From Rhodanobacteraceae bacterium (GTDB lineage Bacteria > Pseudomonadota > Gammaproteobacteria > Xanthomonadales > SZUA-5): a DNA stretch of 64,000 nt. Positions 33,881 through 43,482 of the stretch are shown piece after piece (the first letter of the stretch is position 1; every line of letters begins with the position of its first letter). A program made the position numbers and the translations under genes. The notes under the pieces are model-generated. The model worked only from the letters and a program-made list of their open reading frames with translations. It did not search any database and was not told the origin of the DNA. The DNA is taken from positions 6,906-70,905 of the forward strand of contig JANNYA010000141.1 in assembly GCA_031409855.1 (NCBI GenBank), given 5' to 3'.

Positions 33881-36769
33881 CTAGAACTTCTGGGTGTAGC
33901 GCAAATAGTAGAAACTGCCTGGGATATCGTAAGACGGATCAAAGCTATTGCCAAATGCAGCTGGCGCTAAGGGTGGGTCTTTGCGAAACAGATTGTTACC
34001 GCCAATCGCGATGCTGGCTTGCCAAGGCAGCTCGTACCCGACTTGCCCATCGAAATAGGTGACGGCGCCGATGCGATGTTCAGGTGCCGCGTTGCCATCG
34101 CCATCGGTGCGTGCGCCATCCGAACAGGCGAGCCCAACAATGCCTGCCTCGACACTTGTGCAGGTATCATCCACGCTTGAGAAAAAGCGTGCACCAAGGC
34201 GGGCGTTCCAATTGCCGCTGTTCCAGCGCAAATCCAATTTTGAACGTACGCGCCAAGTGACGACAAAATTTGCGGTGTCAGCTTCACCGACCAAGTTGTC
34301 GGGCGGCCCGGCACCGGGGACTTCTTGCACGTAATCCGACAGATAGGTGGTGTCCCAAGCCAAACTGAAACGACCAAAGTCCAGTTCTGGCAGCGCATAG
34401 TTAAGCCCTAAATCAAAACCACGCACGTCCGTTGTGCCGATATTGGTTGCGGTATCGAAAAAGCTAATAATTTCGCCGCTGGCTGCGCGCGTGATTTGTT
34501 GGCACAACGCCGGGTTTTGGACTGTCTGGACATAGCACTGATCCAAAATAAACTGCGCGCCCAAGCCGCCGACAATCGAGTTTTCAACGTTAACCCGCCA
34601 AAAATCCAGGGTGGTATTGAGTCCTTCAATGTATGCGGGGCTATAGACTAGGCCAATCGATTGGCTGGTTGAGGTTTCGGGCTGCAAATTCGCGTTGCTG
34701 CCGCCGGTGACTCGTTGCTGTGGGCCAGAAAAAATGTAGCTGCCGTTCGCAGGCACACCGGTGGCGACGCAGCGGCGCTGCGTTTCTGGATCTTGCGCAG
34801 TTAGCCGCGAACAGGGGTCGTTGATGTTGGGAAAGCCATCCGCCTGGCCGCCAAATAAGTTGCTGATGTCCGGGGCGCGAAAGCCTTCAGCAAAACTTGC
34901 GCGTACTACAACTTCATCGTTTGGCTGATAGCGTATGCCGGCTTTCAAATTGGTGGTGTCGCCAAAGGTTGAATAATCCGAAGTGCGCCCCGCAAGGGAA
35001 AGCTCCAGGCCTTTTGCGAACGGTTGATCCGCTAATATCGGCACGCGGAACTCGGCATACGCTTCATCAACGTCGTAGCCGCCATTGGTCGGCAGGCGTG
35101 CGTTCAAGCCGCCCAGTAAGCCTTGCGCGGCAAATGCATCTGGGGAATCAAAGCCACTTTCCTTGCGTGTTTCAACGCCCACCGCCATGCCCAAAATGCC
35201 CGCCGGTAATTCGAGCAAATCGCCGGTTAAATTCGCATACAAGTATTCCTGGCGGGTTTGGAATAGATCGTGCGCGGTAATGCTGATGTTGTTAAGCATG
35301 GCTTGAGTGACTGAGCCTGGGCCCTGGGTTAGGTTTAGCGGTAAGCAGCCCGCGATCACCGCATTCGGGGTGCCACAAAATGCCACGCCAGCGGCATCTC
35401 TAAACGATGGCCCGACTGCCGCACGTACAGCGGCCAAATTTACTGCGCCATTGACATTATTCACCGAATCCGAACGCGTAAAAACATAGCCCACGTCCCA
35501 GGTGTAGTATTTTTCACTCAAATCAAAGGCACCGCTGAGGCCAAATAGCGCGCGAAAGGTCGTCACATCACGCGCCGTGCTGCGCCCGCCGGTTTCGACT
35601 AAGCGTCGGCGCACGCGGGTAATGTCGCTGCCAAAAGGGTTGAAAACGCTGTCACGGCTGATGCCAAATGCCGCGCCGGCACCTGCACCGCCATTGCTTT
35701 GAAATGCCAGCGGCGTCGAGGCGAGCAAGGTCTCGTTCGACTCAAAGCTATAAAGCACCTCTGATACTGCAGTAATCTCATCGCTTACTTCGTAGCGACC
35801 GGAGCCGAAAATGCTGTAGCGACTAAATGGCGTCTGGAGAAAATTTTCCGGCGCAAAATTGTAGCCGTCGACGCGGTCATTGAAGGGCTTGAAGTCGCTC
35901 GGCGCGGTGCCGGGGCGGCCCGGAATTAACGTGACGCGTCCCCGTCCTGCCGCATCAAATTGACCAAAGGGGGACGTCGGTGACGCACCTGCAGCGGCGT
36001 CTTGCGGGTTAAAACCAAAGGCAGGTACTCGCGAAATTTCACGATCCCCCGCGCCAATGATTTTTTGCTCGACATAAGAGGCATTAATAAAAACCGAGCC
36101 ACGATCACTGCGCGCGCCCATGGTCAACCCAGCGCTGCTGGTTTCACCATCGCCTTCGCTGGTTTGGCCGGTGGTGACTTCTAATTCAGTGCCGTCAAAA
36201 TCCGAGCGCAAGATAATGTTCACTACGCCCGCAATTGCATCCGAGCCATACACCGCTGAGGCGCCGTCTTTAAGAACTTCGATACGTTCCACCGCTGACA
36301 ACGGCACACTGTTTAGATTGACGCCGCCATCGAGTGAGCCGGCGCTGCCAATCCAGCGTCGACCGTTCACCAATACCAGTGTACGCGCTGAACCCAAAGA
36401 ACGTAAATTGACGCGTGTTTCGCCGGTGCCTGCGTTGTTACGCTGGGTGTTGAGGGTGGCGCCGCCTGCAGCAATATCTTGCAAGTAGTCACCAATCGTC
36501 GGCACGCCGGTAGCGGCCAAATCTTCACGCGTAATCGTCAAAACTGGCTGTGCGGTTTCCGCGTCGACACTGCGAATCCGCGAACCGGTCACCACGACCG
36601 CGCCGAGTTCGTCCTCGGTGGCGTCCGCAGCAGGCGTGGGAGTTTGCGCAAGCGCCGCCAGCGGATTTGCAAATAGCAGTGCGCTCAGCGCAGCACTAAT
36701 CGCGCCGCTCAGCGCCTTTTCACGCGATTGCCGTGGGTGCCTCGGCAGTGCAGTGGGGGAATGAATCAT
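33881..36769 (-). CDS. TonB-dependent outer-membrane receptor
   Basis: Signal peptide ...ALLFANPLAALAQ. Plug motifs VVVTGSRI, RIEVLKDGASAVYGSDAIAGVVNI. C-terminal ...YYLRYTQKF. ATG at 36769 with an AGGAAA RBS is preferred over the track start at 36829. Confidence 0.9.
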   Translation of the reverse strand: MIHSPTALPRHPRQSREKALSGAISAALSALLFANPLAALAQTPTPAADATEDELGAVVVTGSRIRSVDAETAQPVLTITREDLAATGVPTIGDYLQDIAAGGATLNTQRNNAGTGETRVNLRSLGSARTLVLVNGRRWIGSAGSLDGGVNLNSVPLSAVERIEVLKDGASAVYGSDAIAGVVNIILRSDFDGTELEVTTGQTSEGDGETSSAGLTMGARSDRGSVFINASYVEQKIIGAGDREISRVPAFGFNPQDAAAGASPTSPFGQFDAAGRGRVTLIPGRPGTAPSDFKPFNDRVDGYNFAPENFLQTPFSRYSIFGSGRYEVSDEITAVSEVLYSFESNETLLASTPLAFQSNGGAGAGAAFGISRDSVFNPFGSDITRVRRRLVETGGRSTARDVTTFRALFGLSGAFDLSEKYYTWDVGYVFTRSDSVNNVNGAVNLAAVRAAVGPSFRDAAGVAFCGTPNAVIAGCLPLNLTQGPGSVTQAMLNNISITAHDLFQTRQEYLYANLTGDLLELPAGILGMAVGVETRKESGFDSPDAFAAQGLLGGLNARLPTNGGYDVDEAYAEFRVPILADQPFAKGLELSLAGRTSDYSTFGDTTNLKAGIRYQPNDEVVVRASFAEGFRAPDISNLFGGQADGFPNINDPCSRLTAQDPETQRRCVATGVPANGSYIFSGPQQRVTGGSNANLQPETSTSQSIGLVYSPAYIEGLNTTLDFWRVNVENSIVGGLGAQFILDQCYVQTVQNPALCQQITRAASGEIISFFDTATNIGTTDVRGFDLGLNYALPELDFGRFSLAWDTTYLSDYVQEVPGAGPPDNLVGEADTANFVVTWRVRSKLDLRWNSGNWNARLGARFFSSVDDTCTSVEAGIVGLACSDGARTDGDGNAAPEHRIGAVTYFDGQVGYELPWQASIAIGGNNLFRKDPPLAPAAFGNSFDPSYDIPGSFYYLRYTQKF

Positions 36770-36818
36770 GATGTTTTCCTTCATTGGAGGACCTGCGGGC
36801 ACGAGCTGTGCGCCGCTG

Positions 36819-36835
36819 TGCCAAAACATTTGGCA
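36819..36835. promoter_or_regulatory. Palindrome TGCCAAA-ACA-TTTGGCA in the receptor/AraC divergent region
   Basis: Perfect 7-bp arms, 50-66 nt upstream of the receptor ATG. Candidate operator only. Confidence 0.3.
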
Positions 36836-37107
36836 GTGTCACCACAGTAAAGGCAGTGCCAAACCCCGGGCGTGGCGAAAAGTGCGCGAAGGTGTGGCGA
36901 ATAGCGGGAATGACAACGTGCAGTTTGAGCGGGTGCTTGCGCCTGCTTAATCACCCTGGGCCGTGCTGAAACACTGGTGAAAGCCATATGTGGCGCATGT
37001 GAATCAACATTTCACCGAAATTTCATAGGCAATTTCATCGCTTTTTCAGGACGCCTGCGGCCCCGCCCGCCAAAGCTAGCGCTCAATTGAACGCAAGAGG
37101 TGGGTTT

Positions 37108-38100
37108 ATGGAATTTTCAATACATGCGTTGCGCGCTGGACTAGAGCCGATGCCAGATCTAACCGGCCTACGTTTTGCCTATGCACTGGGTCGGGCACCG
37201 CTCGTTTTCGCGGGGCAGGGCACGCTGGTTTTAGCGCTGCGACAGCCGCTAAAAATAAAACTGGGCGAACAAGAATGGCTAATTCCAAAATTTGGCGCTT
37301 ATTTCATACCGCCAGAGGAGCGCAATCGCCGTGCGCCATTGAGTGGCGATTGTTTAGGTGCTGAATTCCCCATGATTGAGGCGCAAGCACCGATTTGTAT
37401 TCAGGCGCAAAGTGCGGGCCCTTGGCTGATGATTTCAGCGTCAGAGGTTACCTGGCGCGTACTTAGCACCGAGTTGAAGCGTATGGGCGCATCCAGTTCC
37501 CAGCCGGTTGCCGGGCTTTGGCCGAATGCGGGCACCCTAGCGCGCTGGACGCTACAAAAAATTCGCCGCACCCGCCAGATCAATCAAAGCGTGGGCAACA
37601 GCGCTGCAATAATACGGTCAACGCTGGAACCGATTGCGTTGTTTGAGCTGGCGCAGGCGATGCAAACGACGCTTGCCAGCTTTGGCCCCTTGGTTGAACG
37701 CTGCCCGGGGCGCTGGACAAATCAAAAGCTGCAAGTATTTCGCCGCCTCATGCGGGTACGGCAATTTATCGATTTGCGCTGCACGGATAGCTTGCCAATC
37801 GAAAAATTGGCGAGCATGGCAAATTATTCACGCTCGCACTTTATGACCATATTTCGTGAGGTATTTGGCGAAACGCCACACAATCAACTGTTGGAGCGGC
37901 GCTTGAAATTTGCCCAGCGCATGCTGGGGCAACATGGCTACTCGGTGCAAGAAACCACGCTTGCCGCCGGTTTTGAAGACCGCTCATCGTTCTCAAAGTT
38001 GTTTCGGCGTCGCTTTGGTGTGACTGCGCTGGCGACCCGGCAAGCCGCAGTAAGTGGGCAAGCGAGCGGCGCCGCTTGGGGGCGGTTCGTATTGCTTTGA
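37108..38100 (+). CDS. AraC/XylS-family transcriptional regulator
   Basis: C-terminal double HTH (LASMANYSRSHFMTIFREVFGETPHNQLLERRLKFAQRML....VQETTLAAGFEDRSSFSKLFRRRFG). ATG at 37108 has an AGAGGTGGG RBS. The track start at 37087 is a TTG. Confidence 0.85.
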   Translation: MEFSIHALRAGLEPMPDLTGLRFAYALGRAPLVFAGQGTLVLALRQPLKIKLGEQEWLIPKFGAYFIPPEERNRRAPLSGDCLGAEFPMIEAQAPICIQAQSAGPWLMISASEVTWRVLSTELKRMGASSSQPVAGLWPNAGTLARWTLQKIRRTRQINQSVGNSAAIIRSTLEPIALFELAQAMQTTLASFGPLVERCPGRWTNQKLQVFRRLMRVRQFIDLRCTDSLPIEKLASMANYSRSHFMTIFREVFGETPHNQLLERRLKFAQRMLGQHGYSVQETTLAAGFEDRSSFSKLFRRRFGVTALATRQAAVSGQASGAAWGRFVLL

Positions 38101-38147
38101 GGATGCTCGCTCGCGCGGGCCGAAAAAATTGCGCTACGCATAAATTC

Positions 38148-38786
38148 TCAACCCCGCAATAACGCCACAACTCGTGCCTGAGCCCGACTCGAATACACCA
38201 ATTGCGTATGCGAAAGATTCAATCGTTCGTGATGCGTTAGCCAAGCTGCCTGGGTTTCTTCGATTCCGACCGAGCCATCGTTCTCGGCGTTAAAACGCGC
38301 GAGCAATTTGCCGCCGCCTAAGCTGCGGGTGCCGGCTATTACGCTGACTTTGATCGTTTCCGGCAAATCCAGCCGAACGCCCTTTAGCAAGGGCGCGCTG
38401 GCATGCCCGAGCATGGTTTTGAAGGGCGTGCGCTGCATTTTTCTGATGACCGCAGAGCCATTAATCGGCGTGCCTAAGCAAACGACGTGCCCGGCGCAAA
38501 GCTCGGGCCGTCGCTGAATGAGATCCAGCACCAGCAAGCCGCCCATGGAGTGCGCAACAAAGTGGCACGGTGCGCCTATGCGTTGTTCAATCAAGCGCGC
38601 GAGTCCGTCCTGATTTTGCTGATAGCCCACCAAGGCACTGGAATAGTGATAGCGATAACAGCGGAAATTGGCACGCACGAGTGCGTTTTTTAGCGGCCGC
38701 ATTTGCCATGCGCCCATCCACAAACCATGCACGATCACGACCGGCGCGCCTGAGCTGACCGCATCGCTAGCAGCAAAATCGCTCAT
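38148..38786 (-). CDS. Alpha/beta-fold hydrolase (esterase/lipase-like)
   Basis: 212 aa. VVIVHGLWMG and nucleophile elbow AHSMGG. Its start overlaps the upstream amidohydrolase stop by 4 nt (ATGA). Confidence 0.7.
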   Translation of the reverse strand: MSDFAASDAVSSGAPVVIVHGLWMGAWQMRPLKNALVRANFRCYRYHYSSALVGYQQNQDGLARLIEQRIGAPCHFVAHSMGGLLVLDLIQRRPELCAGHVVCLGTPINGSAVIRKMQRTPFKTMLGHASAPLLKGVRLDLPETIKVSVIAGTRSLGGGKLLARFNAENDGSVGIEETQAAWLTHHERLNLSHTQLVYSSRAQARVVALLRG

Positions 38787-40105
38787 TTAGCGGCACACAC
38801 GTCACCGTTTTTGCTGCCATAGCGCCCTTGATAGCGTTCGCACAGCGCGGTGTGGCGGCTGTCCAGGGGCGTGTCGACGCCCGCAATAAAAATACGTTTG
38901 ATCGGGCTGGTGATTTCTAATACGTCGCCGCGCACCAAAATCAAATTGGCATCTTTGCCGACATCGATACTGCCTAAGCGATCAGACACGCCTAAAATTT
39001 CTGCGGCGCTCAGGGTAATCGCGCGCAATGCTTGCTCAGGGGGCAGGCCAAAGGCGGCAGCCTGTGCCGCCACGTACGCCAGATTTTTTTCCAAGCTTGA
39101 ATCCATGCCGCTGGCATCGGTGGCAATCGCGATTTTGACGCCAGCGGCGTTGAGCTTGCCGGCGGCGGCATAAATGACGTCGTAACCTTCGCTGCGCCGC
39201 AGTGGCAGATTGAACGGCGAGCCTAAAATTAGGCTGACTTTTGCGGCTTTTAGCTCGTCTGCCATACGCCACGCATCAGTAGCACCGACCAAGGTCAACT
39301 TGAGCTTATATTTCGCCGCGAACGCGAGCGCGCCGCGAATTTGCGTAAGTTCCTCCACATGGATAAAGAGGGGCAGTTCACCGTTAATTACCGGCAGCAG
39401 CGCTTTCAGACGTAGATCTTGCGTTGCCGCAGGCGTGCCGGCTTTGGCCCGGTAAGCAATCGCTTCATCAAAGCTCGCCATTAAAATACGTAAATTCTCG
39501 CTCGCGGCCTTGCGCGCTTGTTCAATGGCGGGCTTGGGCAACCAATCGGGCATGCGGGTGCTGGGCCAGTAAATGTGCATCGCCACACTCGGCTTGAGCG
39601 TCATTTCCTCGTAATTCCAGCCGCTCAAATTGATCAATGCCGACTGTCCGGCGATTAAATCCCCACGCGGCACACTCAAAGCAGTAAGCACGCCACCAGC
39701 GCGCGCGACCGGAATCAAATCACTGTCAGCATGCAGCGCAATTTGGGCAAGCGCGTTCGGATTAACCGCGCCGACTTCAGCGGTATCGATAGTCGCGCGC
39801 ACGGCGGCTATTTCAATCAAGCCCAGCGATGAATTGGCGCTAATCAAGCCGGGATAGAGCCGCAAGCCGGTGGCATCTATGCGCATGGCGCTGCCCGCTT
39901 GCGCTAATGCCTCTGCGCCTATGGCTTTGATTTTGCCGCCGTCAATCAGCACGGCGGTATCTGGCAACACCGCACGACTTACCGGATAGACATCTGCGTG
40001 TTCAATCAAAGTCGCTGCAAACGCGCTTTGCGCCGCGCCGACTACGCCCAAAAATGTGGCTACTTTGAGCGCCAAGATCATTCGTTTCATTGGATAGGTA
40101 CTCAT
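38783..40105 (-). CDS. Periplasmic amidohydrolase-family protein (small partner; metal-binding HxH apparently degenerate)
   Basis: Signal peptide KRMILALKVATFLGVVGAAQSAFA. Amidohydrolase-like layout, but the position equivalent to PG.(I/V)D.H.H reads YPGLISANSS. The start is ambiguous (40105, 40090 or 40126). Confidence 0.7.
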   Translation of the reverse strand: MSTYPMKRMILALKVATFLGVVGAAQSAFAATLIEHADVYPVSRAVLPDTAVLIDGGKIKAIGAEALAQAGSAMRIDATGLRLYPGLISANSSLGLIEIAAVRATIDTAEVGAVNPNALAQIALHADSDLIPVARAGGVLTALSVPRGDLIAGQSALINLSGWNYEEMTLKPSVAMHIYWPSTRMPDWLPKPAIEQARKAASENLRILMASFDEAIAYRAKAGTPAATQDLRLKALLPVINGELPLFIHVEELTQIRGALAFAAKYKLKLTLVGATDAWRMADELKAAKVSLILGSPFNLPLRRSEGYDVIYAAAGKLNAAGVKIAIATDASGMDSSLEKNLAYVAAQAAAFGLPPEQALRAITLSAAEILGVSDRLGSIDVGKDANLILVRGDVLEITSPIKRIFIAGVDTPLDSRHTALCERYQGRYGSKNGDVCAAK

Positions 40106-40107
40106 GG

Positions 40108-43100
40108 TTATTCGCCGTCGGTGCAAAAATGGCTTGCTTCACCATTATGGTAAAGCCCGCGTTTTGCCATCCAAATGCTGGGCCAGTGTTTGGTGCTATG
40201 CCACTGCAGCGCGACGTTGAGGCGCACGGGGCCAGCTGGCTTTTGCGCCGGGGCCATCGCTGCGGCTAAGCGCTCGGGCAAAGCCGCTTGTATAAGTGCG
40301 GCGCGCGCGCTGTCAACACGCGCTTGCTCTGCTTGATCCGCACTCCGATCAAAATAAACTCGACCGTCAATCCATACGGTATCTACACGCGCCATCGTCG
40401 AGAGTGGCGCATGGTTCCACAGCACCAAATCCGCCGATTTTCCGACTTCTATCGAACCCACTTCGGCATCAATTTGCAGCTGCTTTGCCGGGTTTAGCGT
40501 CACTAATTGCAGCGCTTCGGTTTCGCTCAAATTGCCGTAGCGCACCGCCTTTGCCGCTTCGGTATTTAAGCGCCGCCCTAGGTCTTGGCTATCGGAATTC
40601 AAGCTAACGTTGACACCTTGGCGCAGCATCATCGCAGCGTTGTTGGGAATGCCATCAATCACTTCCACCTTGAACGCCCACCAGTCGGCAAAAGTGGACG
40701 CGCCTGCGCCTACTTGATTGATTTCTTTGGCAACTTTGTAACCCTCAAGCACATGTTGATAGGCACCAATTTTGAAGCCGAATTCTGCGCTCAACCTCGC
40801 AAACATCAGAATTTCGTCAGCGCGATAGCTGTGTACATGCACCAAGCGCCTGCCTTGCAAAATTTCCAGCAGCGGCTCCAAACGCAAATCGCGTCTAGTC
40901 GAGGCATCGGCTTTGAGCGCCGCACCGTAAGCGCGCGCTTGCGTGAATTGGGCGCGAATGACCGCCTCGACACCCATGCGCGATTGTGGATAGCGGGTGA
41001 CGTTGGCATCGCCCCAGTTTGACTGCTTTGGGTTTTCGCCCAGCGCAAATTTGATCGTCGGTATCACGCCGGCAAATTTCAGCGCCTGCGCGCCAACACC
41101 CCAACGATGCTTGATGATCTGCGCTTGCCCACCGATCGGATTCGCCGAGCCATGCAGAACCTGCGAGGTCGTGGTGCCGCCGGCCAATTCGCGATAGATA
41201 TTGATGTCAGTGGGGTCAATAATATCGCCGACGCGCACCTCGGACGTGACTGCGTGCGAGCCTTCATTGACGTTACCGCTGGCGGCAATATGGCTGTGCG
41301 CATCAACAATGCCTGGCGTCAAATGCCGCCCCGTGCCGTCAATCACCTGCGCGTTGGCGGGGGCTTTAAGCGCCGCACCGATGGCCTTGATTCGACCATT
41401 TTCGATCAACACATCGACATTCGCCTCGGGCGCAGCTTTGCCGGTAATCCATGCGGTGACATTTTTGATTAGTACCGATGTTTGTGGCGCTAACTCGGCG
41501 CGGCCAAATTCACCGGCGGGATAGCGCCAAGCGCTCGGCAAACTTGGCACGGGCGCAATTTCTTGCGGTTTGGCATCCGCATCCGCAACTAAATCACCGA
41601 TGCGAACCAAACTAATCGGATGGGACACGCCCGCCGCATCTAACCATCGGCCACTCAGCCGTGCGTCTTTATCGCCTGCCTCACTCAGCGTCAAATCCAT
41701 GCTGAGTGCCGCATTCTCAGGCGCAGCATTGAGCGCAGCCACCGCCGTTTTTGGGAACTGCAGCAACACCCGTGCGCCATCGCGCGTTAGCGCTATTTTT
41801 GCCGCTTCGGCTTTGGTCTTGTCAGTGGCATTTTCGGCAAGCGGGTACGAAGCACTATCAGAGGCAATGATTAGCTCCTGCGCGTTTTTCGTGCCTGCCG
41901 TGAAACGCCAGCGGCCTTCGAGCGTGGCGGCGTCGAGCGGCACAATGACCTCGCGGCTGCCATCGACCCACATCTCATAAATTTTTGCTTTCTCATCAGT
42001 CAAAAAGTTGTCGTCGCTAATGCTGAAGCTAGCCAGCGCCCCAGCTTTGAGCGTACCCATTTGCGGCATGCCAATCATCGAAGCAGGTACATCAGTCAAG
42101 GCGGCTAAAGCGCTGGTTTCGCTCAAGCCGTAACGAATCGCTTTGCGCAAATTCGGCGCAAAATTGGCTTCAGGCGTTTCCATGCCAAACGCGCTCAAAG
42201 CAAAGCGAAATTTTTTCTCACTTAAGATGCGGGGGTTAAACGGCGCATATTGCCAATGCTCAAGCTCCGCTAACGAGACATCCAACGCCTTTTCTGGGTC
42301 ATCAATCTCAGGTGCGACAGGAAAGTTCAGCGGCAGCACGAGCGGCGTCGCTAAATTGAGGTTTTTCACGACGCGGTATTCAGCGCCGGAGCCCACCGAA
42401 ATGAGCTTGAGTTTGTTTTCGTCAGCCAAGGCCTGGGCGCGCGCCAAATCGAGCTCATTGCGCGCAAATAGCATCAGTGGCTGCTGCGCTAACGCTGCGG
42501 GCGTCAACGCATCGAGTGCGCGATTCGCTTCGGGCCGCTCTAGATCTTGACCTTGAGCGATCTGGGCCAGGCGTTGATGCTGCCAACGTGCGTCAATAAA
42601 TGCCTGGCGTAGCAGCGCGATTGCGCCCATATAGCTGGTCGGGTAGCTGCCAGAGAAATCGAAAATCTGATCAATTGCGGCATCGCTGGTAACCTCACTG
42701 GCGATCAAATTTTGCTGGGCGCTCGCCTTGGCGCGCAAGGAAACCAGCGCGCTTGAGCCGCGCAATAAGCCATCCGCGCCGTGGCTAAGCACGTAGCCAA
42801 AGCCCAGTTTACGTAAGGCGCTGAGCTTAGCCTCATCAAACTTTAACGCCGCAGCGACGCTGCGCTCCGGGCAAATCATCTTGTTCCAATGGCCGCCCGC
42901 TTGCGCCACGGCGGGTGCTTCGCCGCCTGGCCCAGGCGGTGCCTCAGGCGGCACAAAGCCGATATTGCTGCTTGATGCACAAGCAAACGCCGGATCACTG
43001 ACCGCCGTGCTCGCCAAATCAATAAACGCAGGCCGGATCGTTTTGCCCATCACATCAATCACTGCCGCACCGGCGGGCGGCGCACGCCCAGCGGGCAAAA

Positions 43101-43302
43101 CTTCACGCACTCGCCCTGCGTCAATCACCAAAGTTGCATCCTTGCGGATGTCCGTAGCACTCACGTAAATCCGTGCATTGGTCAGCGCATACAGCCGCTG
43201 TGGCGCGTGGCTGATCTCGATTTCAGGGCGGGTGGAAACTTGTGCGATAGCCTGCTGACACAGCAAAGCCAGTGCGGCGGCAACGGGTAAACGGGTGAGC
43301 AT
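40108..43302 (-). CDS. Large periplasmic amidohydrolase-family protein (about 1060 aa)
   Basis: Signal peptide MLTRLPVAAALALLCQQAIAQ. Canonical TPGIVDAHSHIA metal motif in the C-terminal half, and a second degenerate amidohydrolase-like N-terminal half. ATG at 43302 is preferred over 43371. Confidence 0.75.
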   Translation of the reverse strand: MLTRLPVAAALALLCQQAIAQVSTRPEIEISHAPQRLYALTNARIYVSATDIRKDATLVIDAGRVREVLPAGRAPPAGAAVIDVMGKTIRPAFIDLASTAVSDPAFACASSSNIGFVPPEAPPGPGGEAPAVAQAGGHWNKMICPERSVAAALKFDEAKLSALRKLGFGYVLSHGADGLLRGSSALVSLRAKASAQQNLIASEVTSDAAIDQIFDFSGSYPTSYMGAIALLRQAFIDARWQHQRLAQIAQGQDLERPEANRALDALTPAALAQQPLMLFARNELDLARAQALADENKLKLISVGSGAEYRVVKNLNLATPLVLPLNFPVAPEIDDPEKALDVSLAELEHWQYAPFNPRILSEKKFRFALSAFGMETPEANFAPNLRKAIRYGLSETSALAALTDVPASMIGMPQMGTLKAGALASFSISDDNFLTDEKAKIYEMWVDGSREVIVPLDAATLEGRWRFTAGTKNAQELIIASDSASYPLAENATDKTKAEAAKIALTRDGARVLLQFPKTAVAALNAAPENAALSMDLTLSEAGDKDARLSGRWLDAAGVSHPISLVRIGDLVADADAKPQEIAPVPSLPSAWRYPAGEFGRAELAPQTSVLIKNVTAWITGKAAPEANVDVLIENGRIKAIGAALKAPANAQVIDGTGRHLTPGIVDAHSHIAASGNVNEGSHAVTSEVRVGDIIDPTDINIYRELAGGTTTSQVLHGSANPIGGQAQIIKHRWGVGAQALKFAGVIPTIKFALGENPKQSNWGDANVTRYPQSRMGVEAVIRAQFTQARAYGAALKADASTRRDLRLEPLLEILQGRRLVHVHSYRADEILMFARLSAEFGFKIGAYQHVLEGYKVAKEINQVGAGASTFADWWAFKVEVIDGIPNNAAMMLRQGVNVSLNSDSQDLGRRLNTEAAKAVRYGNLSETEALQLVTLNPAKQLQIDAEVGSIEVGKSADLVLWNHAPLSTMARVDTVWIDGRVYFDRSADQAEQARVDSARAALIQAALPERLAAAMAPAQKPAGPVRLNVALQWHSTKHWPSIWMAKRGLYHNGEASHFCTDGE

Positions 43303-43410
43303 AGAGTGCAGCCATAGAATGCGCGGTGGAGCGCAAGCATGCATCGCCATGGCGTATTCTCGCCCTGCCAAAAGTCACGGTGATGCGTGACTTTTTGCAA
43401 GTTGTAAATG

Positions 43411-43438
43411 CAGAAAAGGGCCGCTAGGGCCCTTCTGC
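43411..43438 (-). terminator. Terminator candidate downstream of the acyl-CoA dehydrogenase gene
   Basis: Minus strand: aagggcc-ctagc-ggccctt followed by ttctgcattt. Confidence 0.5.
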
Positions 43439-43482
43439 TGAAACTTCAAAAATTGATTAGTCGGCCAATGTTGCCGCCCAAA

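Noticed and set aside
36770-37000. 5' leader of the TonB-dependent receptor examined for a cobalamin or other riboswitch.
   Set aside because: I could not find a B12-box-like consensus or other riboswitch core I recognise, only a palindrome (36819-36835) and a partial REP-like motif. A covariance-model scan would be needed to exclude one.
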